A stretch of 64,000 nt of DNA from assembly GCA_965153285.1 (NCBI GenBank), contig OZ229119.1, one strand, 5' to 3'. The translations under genes and the position numbers were made by a program. The first letter of the stretch is position 1. The number at the start of each line of letters is the position of its first letter. The notes under the pieces were generated by a model that saw only the letters and a list, made by a program, of their open reading frames with translations, ran no database searches and was not told the origin of the DNA. This DNA is from Podarcis tiliguerta. Taxonomy: Eukaryota. Positions 1-11,815 of the stretch are shown piece after piece.

Positions 1-1735
1 TGTTATTGATGCACCTTGCATTCAAGTGAGTCATAAAGGGGGAAAACCCTTCTGGAAAAGATCCACTGTAATTATTAGTTTTTTGTCACCCAGCCTCTCT
101 CTTAGGAGGCCTCTCTCTCTAATGAAAACCAATTATAGATTTTCTTTAAAAACAAGCTACCTTCTATGTCGTGACCTCAAAATGGTTGAATCAATGAAAA
201 TGATATTCCACAGATGTAAGCTTTACAGCAGTCTATTGATTATGTCCAGAAAATTTGTTTCCATCTTCCTTTGAAGATGTAGTCTTTTCATACCAAATCA
301 AGGGAACATTTCAATGAATATTTCTTTATTTGAAATGGAATGCATATTGAAAAATAAATCACATCTCTCAGAAATCATTTGCATCATATTTACACATATT
401 TTGTTTGATAACACTTGTTTCAGCTCACAATGTGCCGGAAAACATTTGGTACATCACTGCAGCTACTTTGCAAAAGCCAGTAATTGAAAACAATGAACTA
501 AAAAAGAAAAGGGTGGGGAGTTTTTTTACTTCCAAAATGTAGCAGAAAAACCACAGGGGTGATTTCCTTTCTTCTGAAAACTGAAAACAGGCATCTCCTA
601 CTGAGAAACAAATGTCCAGTTTACACGTCATTATAAAGTTTATAATGAATGTGGAGATTGCTCCAGCTTCACTCCTCCCCTAGGATGAGTAAACAAACCA
701 TGAACCCTGACTTCATGATAAATCCAAGCCGGTGATTTTGTTTTGTTTTGCTCAAACAAACCACAATTAGTAAGCCAATACGAAATTGTGGCTTCATACT
801 GTAGTTTGTTTGGCATGAAAGAAACCCTGATCCCTAGTTCCAATGTAATTCTAAGTCAGGGACCGTGGTTGGTTGCTCCTGCTTTTGTTCAGGAAGGAGT
901 GAAGCACAAAAAACCTCTGCAGTTCATAGGTTTACCATGACACGGAAATTTGTTTGTTTTATTAAAGTTCTATCTTCATCCGAGGAGAATCACAGGTGGC
1001 CTACCTGTTACTTTTCCCCCCACCATTAATTTGTAACACTAATGTAAAACTTTTCACTGGGACCTTATTTGGAGATAGGCTGGTAGCGAAGCCACTGTAA
1101 CAGGCTCCATTTGTGGGGTCTCTGCATAATGCATAATCACACAGAGGGAGGAGAAGCCCAAGAAAGCTCATGTGCAAAACCATCCATTATTACTAAGTAA
1201 CTATACCCTGAATTTCCTTGGTAAAAATTGTCCTTTCCTCATGAAACTTGTAATATTATTGAGGTTCATTAATTAAAATGGGTGTGTTCTCAATAAAGCA
1301 TAGTTGGAGACATCCCTAAAGTTGTTGCCCTCTGTCATAGTCTCAAACAGTCTAGGAATGACCTCTGTTTCATACACTGCAAAGACATTTCTTAGCAACA
1401 GAGACGCAGCGGAGCAATTCCTGTGGATATTTCTTCTAAGTCTTAAAGGTAATACAAAATAAAGCAATCCTAAAGAAGCACAAAGCCACAGCCAACTTGA
1501 TCATACAAGTCAAATATTCTCAGTACAAAAAAATGAACTTGGGATGGGAAGGAAGTTTGTCCTTAAGATAAGCCCAACAGGAGGCCACAAAAAGTGAAGA
1601 TGTTTATTCTTCATATCAGAGAATAAGCATGATTCCTTCACACTTCTCATATTTTTCCTACAATTTGTTCTGAGGTGACTGTCAGTCATGCATTAAAGGC
1701 AGTAGCATCAGCTGAATCCACCATTACAAGGCTTA

Positions 1736-1918
1736 AAGGTAAAGGGACCACTGACTGTTAGGTCCAGTCACGGACAACTCTGGGGTTGTGGCGCTCATGT
1801 CGCTTTATTGGCCGAGGGAGCTGGCATACAGCTTCCGGGTCATGTGGCCAGAATGACTAAGCCACTTCTGGCAAACCAGAGCAGCGCACAGAAACGCTGT
1901 TTACCTTCCCGCTGGAGC
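1736..1918 (-). mobile_element. 5'-truncated Sauria SINE
   Basis: ACCTTT-type tail, homologous to the copy at 9386. Perfect 12-bp TSD TTACAAGGCTTA (1724-1735, 1919-1930). Confidence 0.9.
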
Positions 1919-2024
1919 TTACAAGGCTTAGCTAGCATCAAAGTTTTCCAATACATTGTGAAAAATAGCAAAAGTTGGCATGACTGAAGACTTCTGCCAC
2001 CATTTTTTAAAAAAACACAGTATA

Positions 2025-2249
2025 CAGTGGTACCTCTGGTTACAAACACCTCGGGTTACAGACTCCGCTAACCCAGAAGTAGTACCTCAGGTTAAGAACT
2101 TTACCTCAGGATGAGAACAAAATTGTGCGGCGGCGGCGTAGCGGCAGCAGGAGGCACTATTAGCTAAAGTGGTACCTCAGGTTAAGAACGGTTTCAGGTT
2201 AAAAACGGACCTCCAGAACGAATTAAGTTCGTAACCAGAGGTACCACTG
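2025..2249. mobile_element. Tc1/mariner-type MITE
   Basis: Perfect 19-bp TIR CAGTGGTACCTCTGGTTAC and TA TSD. Same family as the copies at 55423 and 59573. Confidence 0.9.
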
Positions 2250-5112
2250 TATTGAGAAGTTATGACAACATCAGTTAACCTCAAGAAATTGAGCATGGAA
2301 TTTAATATTTTGGTCCAATTCCCCATTCCATAACATTAAACAGTGGAAGTGGAGGTAGACACACATAGAGGCTCTCAATGATTTGGGTGGGAAAAGGAGA
2401 CTGGCAAAACTAATCAGGTTAAGTCCCGTTTCTGAAACCACTGGTGTTTCGGGGGGATTTATTTTACAAATATTTAAACACTATTTAGATAATGTGGAGG
2501 AAAGAAGCCAGGAATACTGTCAACAGACATGAAGATTAGATCCACTGAAATCAATAGACTTAAGCCTGTTGACTTCAATAGGTCTACTATTGAAATCAAC
2601 ACTGATGAACACTGGGTATCACCAAAGCCTAAGACAGGCCATTCATAACTTGTCTGAATTAATATGTATAGGCCTGCATTCTTAACAGAGTGTGCTCTGC
2701 AGTACTAATCTGTTGTTAATGGGGGCAGAGTAAGTTCTCATTATTTGTTGTTGGCAGGCTTAGACTAACTTGGATAAAAGGAACCATAAGGTACCCTTTA
2801 TAAAGGGCTGGCTTTGGGGAAGCCTTTGGGCAAGGCATGCTTCATAAGGTCCCTCCCTGAATGACTTCAATGGTTGCTGCTTCAATCTATTCACTTGCCC
2901 AATCTACATATCTACCTAGAGTGCTTGCATGCTCAAGTAAACAGGTTTTAACAGCGAAGAGGAGAACAGTCTTGGGTACTCAGAGGAACCTATGCTTTCA
3001 GTATCAGCAGGTGCCTTACAATGTCTTCTCCTGATGCAGGACTGGTTAAGTTTGGATTTAAGTTCAACACATGCTTGCAAAACCAAAGGCCTTCCCTTAT
3101 CCAATTAACTACGTTAGGCTCCTTGTAACTGAATGAACCAATTTAAAAATAACATTTGAAAAGAAACAATGTTATTAGAAGCCTTACTTGTTCCATATTA
3201 AGACTGTAAATAGAAACAAACAACAAAAGCAGAATATTTGCTTAGTTGTTGTTTTTTTTAAAAAAGGGCTGCTCCCTGACTGAAATGTCCTATGTTCTTA
3301 GAGGCTATGGCAGGGGGCAATGGAAAATGTTGCGCTGAGGCTCATCTAGGGAACTCAATTAAAGGAATTCTGGGAAAGCTCCTCAGTTAAACAGTAAGAC
3401 ATTTACTGGATGGGATGATTAGTGTAGCATTTGAAGAGGTTTTAGAATGATTTGAACAGAATCAAGTAACAGCTCTGAGAAACATTACAGACAGGGTCCC
3501 AAACTTAAACAAAGAAGTGCAATGAACAGTTCTCTGCATGGTTCTATTATCTGAATAAAAGAACATAGCATGATTGTATTTTTAAATCGATTATCCTTGA
3601 TCATGAAGTCAGATTTCCTTAGCCTCTTCACGAAGCAGGAATACATACAAGTGGCATACCCAAATGCATTTACTACTGAATACAAAATATAATACTCTCC
3701 AAATGAACATATAATAAAAATTAAAGCAACCTAGAAATCAGGTTCCAAGTCATTGCTTTCCTTATTCCAGGACATATTTCACATGTTCGTTTCATAATAG
3801 TCTCTCACTTGTGGCAACGGAAAACGGATGTAAAAAGTGACATGGGGGGGGGCTAGTTGTAAAGTCCATATTCTGGTACATCTCTTCATTTCTCCAACAT
3901 CACCTTCTCTCCTCTGCCTTCCTCCTCCCTTCAAGTGTAGCAATATAGCCAATGCAACTATACTCTGTGTGTGATTCCTTTCTAAATGGCCTACTTTCAG
4001 AAATACCTTGCAAAAGTCTCCACTAATAAATTAACATAAAAAAGAAAACAGATTGGGTGGTGGTGGAATATGGCAGCAACAATCTTATATTTTTTGAGGC
4101 CCGGCAGGCCAAATAATCCTTTCAAATCTTCATAAGCAGTAGTCAAAGTTACAAGAGTTGAAATGCTTCCCTGGAGTAATCATGGGCAGTATCAAAAGTG
4201 GAAAGACTCCAGCAGCAGAAATGATGCTCTCCCTTGTGTCTGCAGTCCCTTTGTTTGCCAAGGTTGTGATCGATGGAGAGGGTCCACCTTGCTTCCAGAA
4301 GCATTGCTTGAATTCCATCTATAACAACACAGGACAGTGATCTGAATAACTGAGCAGCATTCTTCTTTTACAGCCACGGATACACTTCCTACCTAAAACA
4401 GCGCCAATACAAACAACAGGGTCTCTTGCAAAGTGTCCTTGCAAGAGGCAACAACCTGAGGCTCTGGCGGCTATTTCCACAACTAGGCTTCAGCACCAGG
4501 AAGATGCTAGCTCTAACCACCACCACCCCCCATTCCTTTTACAGTTACATGCAAAGGGTCACTAACTGTTCTCAGCCCCATTGCTTGGAAGGAGAAGCAT
4601 GACATGTGAACTGAATGATTTGCAGATATGGGCAGGGATTATTTTTTTTAAAAAAAAAAATGGTGTTCGCTAAAGCACAGCAATCATGGTTGCAAATTCA
4701 CCTGATTGACTTTGGGTGCTCTTCACCTTGACTTGCAGAGGAGAGCATTTCTTGCTCTGTCTCCGGTGGCAAAGCACTTGGGCCAGCCTTGATCTAGCAG
4801 CTGCACAATAATCCATCATGCCACAGCGCACTGCAAGCACATGCTGTTTGAGAAGGGCCGGAAGAGCTGTCCACTGAGGCTATTAGTCCAGCGAGCAAGA
4901 CAAACAACATGCTCTAGGGTTGCTAGAGCGCTTCAAGCCTTACTCTTAATTACGGAAGAGGATATCTGTGCAGGGAAAGGAATGAAAGTCACCCAGTGAC
5001 TCTCTCTCTCTTTTACACACACAGCTAATGAAACACACACACACACGTGCACTAACCACAGGAGAGCATCTGCGCACGTTTTTCATGCTTGAGCCTCATG
5101 CACAACTTCTCT

Positions 5113-5260
5113 CAGTGGGACAGCTCAGCCGGTTACAGACTGGTGCTGATAACCGCCAAGGTTGCAAGTTCGACCCCATGCATGGGGCAGCTGCATATTC
5201 CTGCAGTGCAGAGTGGCTGGGGAAACCCAGCCAGATGGGCAGGCTATAAAGAATAAATTA

Positions 5261-5305
<45 letters not shown>

Positions 5306-5351
5306 TTATTGGACTAGATGATCCTCAGGGTCCCTTCCAACTCTATGATTC
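5113..5351 (+). mobile_element. tRNA-Ile-derived SINE with CR1-type tail, interrupted by a LINE 3' tail
   Basis: tRNA-like head (AGCTCAG...TGCTGATAAC...GTTCGA) and tail GGACTAGATGATCC...CCAACTCTATGATTC. Insert at about 5208-5308. Confidence 0.8.
5208..5308 (+). mobile_element. 3' tail of an L2-like LINE with (TTA)n
   Basis: Reverse-complement match to 58109-58205, followed by a (TAT)n microsatellite tail. Confidence 0.7.
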
Positions 5352-5626
5352 CAAGCAAAACATCGCGCGCGTGAAGCGGGCTGCCCATCCAGACGCGCGC
5401 TTCAGGAAAGCAACACGAGTTTGCAACCCCACACGGCACTTTTCGCCGGGCAAAACTAAGACGGGAGAGAGGTGATTGTTAGGGGATCCGTCCGGAAATG
5501 CTTTTTCCAGAGAGGCGCTGGGGAAGGGCTGCAAGGGGAGCGGGGCGATCGGCGGCCGGAGAGTTGCCCTCTCCCCGCCTGGCTCCAGGGGGGCGCCGGC
5601 TCCTACCTGCCCTGGCTGGGGCCCGG

Positions 5627-6142
5627 CTAGGCGGAGTTGGAGGCGCTCCGCAGGCGCGGCCCGTGCTGCTGGACGAGGTGCTGCTGCTTCTGCCGCGTGG
5701 ACTTGACGGCCAGGATGGCCTGGCGGTTCTTGTACTGCACCAGCTGCAGCGTGATCTCGGCGTTCCAGCCCTGCTCCTGCGGGCACCGAAAGTCGATCTC
5801 TTTGCCCTCGGCCATCACCACCGTGAAGTACACGTACTTGCCTTTGCGCTCCACGCAGTCCACCGTCTTCATGGTGGAGAAGGGCAGCTCCTTGATCTTG
5901 GCCACCACGGAGGGCGCCGCGCTCGTCGTCGTCGTCGTCGTCTCCAGGCCGGGGAGAGGAGCAGCAGGCGGCGGAGCAGGAGCCGCCGCCGCCGCCGCCG
6001 CCAGCTCTGGCTGCTTGGGCGGGATGAGGAGGAGCCCTTCCTCGGTGAGGATGCAGCGCTTCTTCTTCCACAGCTGCAGCAAGCCGTCGCTGCGCTTCTC
6101 CAGCACGCCCTCCTTCACGGCTTTGCAGCCGCCCTCCAGCAT
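5627..6142 (-). CDS. PHLDA1: Pleckstrin homology-like domain family A member 1 (TDAG51), 171 aa, single coding exon
   Basis: Translation [43 protein letters not shown]...[76 protein letters not shown]...RSASNSA matches the split PH-like domain and C-terminus of PHLDA1. ATG is at 6142-6140 and TAG at 5629-5627. Adjacent to NAP1L1 as in mammals. The ORF-track start at 6595 is a GTG. Confidence 0.96.
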   Translation of the reverse strand: MLEGGCKAVKEGVLEKRSDGLLQLWKKKRCILTEEGLLLIPPKQPELAAAAAAAPAPPPAAPLPGLETTTTTTSAAPSVVAKIKELPFSTMKTVDCVERKGKYVYFTVVMAEGKEIDFRCPQEQGWNAEITLQLVQYKNRQAILAVKSTRQKQQHLVQQHGPRLRSASNSA

Positions 6143-6257
6143 CCTCCCGGCGGCGCCGCCGGAACAAAGTTCCCGCAAGACCCGGGCAAGGAGAGGAGCC
6201 TTCGGGGTCCCGGGAGCCTTTTCTCCGCCTCCGACGACGCCCGGGCGTCCCCCGCAG

Positions 6258-6330
6258 CCACTGAGGGAAGCTGCTGGGCTCGCGCTGCTTTTGAACGCGC
6301 TTCCTCCACCCCAGCCGGGCGCGTCAAGGG
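6258..6330 (-). promoter_or_regulatory. PHLDA1: Candidate PHLDA1 core promoter (TATA-like TTCAAAA plus Inr TCAGT, TSS about 6262)
   Basis: TTCAAAA at 6295-6289 lies about 30 nt upstream of Inr-like CTCAGT (A at 6262). Just upstream are GGGGTGG, GAGGAAG and a TGACG half-CRE. Confidence 0.55.
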
Positions 6331-7552
6331 GGCCGAGGGCGCTCGCGGAAGAAGAGGCTGGCCGGAGGAGGGAAGCCCCGCCGCGCTCTCGCTCGCACAC
6401 CCTTCGCCTCAGGGCCGGCGCGCCTCCCCGCCTCGCTCGCTTCTCCGTCTCCTGCCCTCCCGCCAGAGAGGCCTGTAGCGCCTCACGCGAACCGCCGCGC
6501 CGCCGCCAAAGAACAAAGCGCTTCTCCCGCGCTGGCCATTTCCGCTCCTCAAACTCGAGGAGGCGAGGAACCCGGCGCGCTCCGGGCTGGAGCACTTTTT
6601 AAATGGCATCGGCAGGCAGGCAGGCTGCAGTCCTGGCGCCCCCTGGAGAATGCGCCACCCACAGGAGCTGATTCACCGGGGGGGGGGGGACACGGAGGGC
6701 CGCCCTCCCGACGCCTCCCAGCCCGCCCAACTTCTCCTCCCGACGGAAGGCAACAGTTCTGCTGAGGAGCTGCTTGTGTCACGACGCGGGGCTTCCTTTA
6801 AAAAAAAAAAAGTGCCTCACGAATCATCCATAACAGTTTTGTTTGTTTCTGCAACGGCGGAACTCCTCCGCAGTGCGATCGTTATATTGGATCGAGGGCG
6901 GCACGCACGGTGTGAAAAAACGCCCCGAGGCATTTATATGATACTTGTGCTGATGTGGAGGCTAAAACTCCTAGGGGCCCGAACGCACAAATACGCAGTC
7001 TCAAGACTGAACATATAGAGGAGTGTCATAGTCACTATCCAATGCACCTTCTCATAGGATCACCAAATAACACTATCATTTCTTGTAAGGCAACTGGACA
7101 GCATACATTGTTGGCTAGCAAGTGAGAGCCCACACTGCAGACCCCCAATCTTTTAGGAGACATTTGAAAATCAATGAAATGCTCTTTGCACAGACAAATG
7201 AGTGATGCTCAGGCACTTGTCCCCAATAAAACAGGTAACATACACCTTCCCCAAACAATACATACAGTGAGGCAGGCAACCTCCTAACAAAACAAAGCAC
7301 CCAAACTCCTCACTTTGAAGTAAAAAAATGAGAAGGGCAGGGAGGGCTTAGTAGGCAGGGGGTTTGACGCTGAGGGCACGAGTGGGGACCCAAGATACAC
7401 ACCAACTTATTGTGATCTAAACTGGGTATGGGGAACCTACAGCCCTCTAGATGCTAGAGGAGTCCAACTCCCATCAGCTCACAGCCACCGTGGCTAATGG
7501 CCAGGGATTATAGGCACTGCTCCAAATTGTAAGAGTTTGAGTTGTTTTAGCT

Positions 7553-7778
7553 CATGGTAGGCCACCTAAGGCCCGTGGGCCGGATGCAGCCCAATCGCCT
7601 TCTCAGGAATGTGTTTTTACATGAGTAGAATGTCTCCTTTTATTTAAAATGCATCTCTGAGTTATTTGTGGGCCATAGGAATTCGTTTTGGGTCGTCCCC
7701 CCCAAATATAGTCTGGCCTACCACATGGTCTGAGGGGCGGTGGACCGGCCCACAGCTGAAAAAGGTTGCTGACCCCTG
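7553..7778. mobile_element. hAT/Charlie MITE, OC1 (OposCharlie1)-like
   Basis: Right end GGTTGCTGACCCCTG. 8-bp TSD TTTTAGCT/TTTTAGCA. The internal sequence resembles OC1-type MITE ends as I recall them. Confidence 0.65.
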
Positions 7779-8902
7779 TTTTAGCAGGAGAGGTATCTTT
7801 TTCAGGGACTCAAAGACAGTGGAAGTAGTCAAGAATCCTCTGAATCTATTTCAGAGGAAGGCTGCATTCATCTACTTTGTACCAAGTGATAAGACTGACA
7901 ACAGGAAAATCAAAGAAAGAAGCGGATACAAGCCAGCACTTTGTGACTGAAAAAATAGAGAAGAAAAATAAACAGAATTGTTGCTTGCACCCAAGTTATA
8001 TCTGTCAACGGTCAAGGAAGTGTACAAATCTACGTAATCATGTGAACACAGCAGCTGAGACTTGGATCAAAACACCCTGAGTGCAACTCATGCTTTCTGA
8101 AGCCTCTCTATAAATACCTTCGCTAAAATAGCTCTAAAATATATGTTGAAGGAAGCTACAGCACAATCCTTGCTAGTGAAGGAAGGGAAGCTAGTTCATA
8201 ATGCCTTCTTAAAAATACACCAGAGTTTCCAAATGCCTCAAATCCCTTTGCAGACCCTTTTTTAATGACTTGAGAGCCTACATCGTTTGTAAGCAGCAAA
8301 GCTTTTTAGTTAAAATTGTAAAGCCCGCTCAAATTTACCCTCTCCCTCTCTGCCCATCTCATAGCTTACCCCTTCTTTCCACTCCCCCCATTTCTCGTTT
8401 TAGTCCACGGATCTTAAAGCGTGGTTAAATCCCCTTTTCCTCTGGCATCTTATGTCAGCCTCCATTTTTGCTGTTCTGCTTATCTTACATAGCCTTGTTT
8501 CTATTACTTGTAGCAGAGTTCAGCAGCAACATCTGGCTGCAAAAATGGGTGTCAACTCCCTCATACACTTCTGAATGCGTGTATTAGCATTCTGCCACTC
8601 CAAGCTATCAACGTTTATTTAGATTTCCTCTGTGGGGGAAGGCTTTATGATATGCAGGTCTAATATAATGAATTCTTCCTGTATTAGGAAACAGCACCGC
8701 TCTAGCTACCATGGCAGTCCTATATAAAATGTCTTAACATTCATACAAGCAGAATACATTTGGTAGGGATACTTATTCAATACCATTTTAAAATTCAACG
8801 CATCCATGAGCATAGCATATATTCCAAAGATTATGTTCAGGTTCCATGATAATAGAAGTAAATGATGTTTAGACACACGGATACCTCATTATTTGAATTT
8901 GT

Positions 8903-8939
8903 ATGACTGGACCTAACAGTCAGGGGTCCCTTTACCTTT
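8903..8939 (+). mobile_element. Sauria SINE 3'-end fragment
   Basis: ATGACTGGACCTAACAGTCAGGGGTCCCTTTACCTTT matches the SINE tail. Confidence 0.75.
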
Positions 8940-9385
8940 AAGTTCTGCTAATTAGCACTTTCAAAAACCATAGTTCAATCAGCTTTGTCTGCATCTTCGT
9001 ATCAGATGCATTACCAACATTACCAAAACAAGCAGCAAGCCTAAGTAATTTGTCCTTGGATACTGTAGCACACAGACGCCCTCTAGTGTCAAACTAAATT
9101 TTGTGTTTATGCTCAATATAAAAATGTGGTACACCTATAGCTCTCAATTGACCTGTTGAGTCTGCTGTAGTAAAAGTGTTTCCCCTCCACCTCCCCAAAA
9201 GTCTTCTGTACTCAATGTACATATATATAACCCAGACATCAAATCAGGTTGCTTTGGCCAATGAAGGCTTATGCTAAAATAATTTACTTTTCAAAGAGGA
9301 ACATAATTTAGCTGTTTTTCCTGCAGCAAATACAGCCACTTGTCTGAAAACTAAACATAGCACCAACAAACTCTAACAATCTCTA

Positions 9386-9735
9386 AAGGTAAAGGGACCC
9401 CTGACCATTAGGTACAGTCGTGACCAACTCTGGGGTTGCGGCGCTCATCTTGCTTTATTGGCTGAGGGAGCCGGCGTACAGCTTCCAGGTCATGTGGCCA
9501 GCATGACTAAGCCGCTTCTGGCGAACCAGAGCAGTGCACGGAAATGCCGTTTACCTTCCCACTGGAGTGGTACCTATTTATCTACTTGCACTTTGACGTG
9601 CTTTCGAACTGCTAAGTTGGCAGAAGCAGGGACTGAACAACAGGAGCTCACCCTGTCGCGGGGATTCGAACCGCCGACCTTCTGATTGGCAAGCCCTAGG
9701 CCCCACAGTCTAGACCACAGCGCCACCCGCATCCC
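9386..9735 (-). mobile_element. Full-length Sauria SINE
   Basis: Pol III A box TGGCGCTGTGG and B box GGTTCGAATCC on the minus strand, ACCTTT tail. TSD TAACAATCTCTA/TAACCATCTCTA. Confidence 0.92.
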
Positions 9736-10778
9736 TAACCATCTCTAGGATCCTGTAAAAGCCCCTGCTTCAGTAGTATGCAAAGTGTGATACTTACTGC
9801 ACTTTCCATTTACTTGTCAGGTAACCCAAAGGTGGGCTCATTATCAGTGGTCAAATAAGAGCGGTATGTACAAAACATTCTTAAATGTCACACTTGAAAT
9901 ATTTCATCTGTTAGGAATGTTGCAAAATGTAATTGCTCATATTACTCTGTGCAAAATAAATTCCTTTAAAAGCAACTCAACGTGCATGGAAGTTGCCAAA
10001 CTAGTGTTGGGAAACGCTGAACTTAAAACGAACTGTAATTTTAAAGGCGTTGGCTGCCTGTCTTTATCCTTTCCTACAAACTTGCCAAATTTGTTCCTTG
10101 TGGAAAAGCATAGCTACCAGAAATACACAAACAGAACATGTTACTGGAACATATTTACCTCCGGCCAGATGTACAGGGAATGGAGCCTTGATGAATGCTG
10201 CTACATGGAGTTAAAACTGAATTTGTTCAGTTAAGAGCCTTTTCAGTGACTGCAGTTGAACTTGTGCCTACAATCTGTTGCACTGCATCAGACCACCCCA
10301 GCAGCCACCCTGTAACCAGCTGAAAGTTATTTAGCTTTTGGATTCACAGCTGGTACTTGAGGGAGTACTAACAGAAGGCACCTCCCACCCTCCTCTAAAA
10401 GAGGTAGCATTTCTAAGGAAGCTGCAGGTTCTGAGACTCGTTTCTTCCACTGAATCTGCTTTGACACAGGATCAATATGCTCTCTAATAAGAATCTAAAA
10501 CTCATCTAAACAGTGAAGCTACTGCCTTTGAATAAGCAATGGCTCCTGCACCCACTGTTCTTTATGCTGCACTTCTTCTTGGGAGTCCAAGGTCTATTTC
10601 TGGAATTCTTGTATTAAGAGTAGGCCTCTCAATAAGCAGGAAAAGATATATATTCAGCAGCGTGGGGGTAATATATGTATGTAGTATGAAAATACATTTG
10701 TGCCTTAAGTGGTGAAATATAACTTGCTGTTCCGGCAATTGTGGTATTGGTGTGAAAAAACCCGCCATGTACTAAAGA

Positions 10779-10980
10779 CAGGGCTGGCCCAAGACATTTT
10801 GGCACCTGAGGCAAACTGCAAAATGGTGGCTGCCTCCCTGCCAGGGAAGAAGGGGTGAGTAAAGATCTACATCAGGAAGGGGGGGGGGGAGAGAAAGTTT
10901 AATATCAGGATCTGCTGCCCTTGTGCACTCTGCTGCCTGAAGCAGTTGCTTCATCTTGCCTCATAGGTGGGCTGGCCCTG
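10779..10980. mobile_element. Non-autonomous hAT element
   Basis: TIR CAGGGCTGGCCC...GGGCTGGCCCTG. Degenerate 8-bp TSD ACTAAAGA/GCTAAATA. A related copy lies at about 46390-46655. Confidence 0.65.
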
Positions 10981-11815
10981 GCTAAATATATACTTGTTTT
11001 GCAGAAAGAATTCTGTTAGGACTTAGGACTCCTATTCAGTTTCTCCTGACTGTGGTTTCTCATGCTGTATCAGGTGCAAGGCAAAAGGGTTTTTCCATAT
11101 TTCAGAAGCCTCTTTTCAGGTGGCACTAGAATTACAATAGAAAGTAGGGGCATCGGAGCATTCACCAAAACTCTGCATCTCTGAGTTTGCCCAATTATCC
11201 TGAGTCTGAATAGTTTTGACACACTACTTCTAAAAAAAGAAGTAATCCTGAACAAATTGTAAAGTTGGGAAAGTTTCAAGCTGACTGAATGTTTATTTCT
11301 TTAGGTGTGATGGTTTACTTCTCCCCAACGCATATCCAGATGGATGTTCTGATAAAGATTGGTTAGTAGTTTACAGCCGAGAAGTTTGTCAGACAATCAC
11401 CAGCTTAATTCAAAACTGGACGTACAAAATTTATTCTTTTTTGTTGTCTGGAGCACACTGGAGATTTAGATAGGATGAATCTCAATTCAGCTACAAGTAA
11501 AGACCATGTTAAAGGAGTAATTGAAGATGCCTACCTCTGTTAAACATGTCAGAGAAGTACCTAATCCTATAACCTTATTTGAACAAATCGGGAATGGGGA
11601 ACCTATAGCCTTCCAGGTGTTCAGCTACGATTCCCACCATTCTTGACCACTGATCATGCTGGTTGGGATAGGAGTCCAAAAACATATGGATGGTCAGAGG
11701 TTCTCCTGTCCTACTTTTAAGGGGACAAGGCAGTTAAAAAGTTATATTATAACTGGATCTTCAAAGTTTCTAGGCAGGAAAGTGCTCAGTTGTAGTGCAA
11801 ATGTCCTTTGAGATA

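Larger units (their letters stand above)
4393..5606 (-). other. PHLDA1: Probable intron in the PHLDA1 3'UTR
   Basis: Donor GCAG|GTAGGA lies 20 nt after the stop codon. Candidate acceptor TGTTGTTTGTATTGGCGCTGTTTTAG at 4393. PHLDA genes are known to have a coding exon plus a non-coding exon 2. The acceptor position is inferred. Confidence 0.65.
5360..6930. promoter_or_regulatory. CpG island over the PHLDA1 exon and promoter
   Basis: Very high GC and dense CpG compared with AT-rich, CpG-poor flanks. Confidence 0.9.

Noticed and set aside
900-3200. PHLDA1 poly(A) site
   Set aside because: Several minus-strand AATAAA hexamers (about 958, 1603, 2458) exist, but none can be singled out from sequence alone.
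5343-6602. Long overlapping ORFs (326 aa and 321 aa on +, 274 aa on -) over PHLDA1
   Set aside because: Expected shadows of a very GC-rich, stop-poor CpG-island exon. They are low complexity with no recognisable domain.
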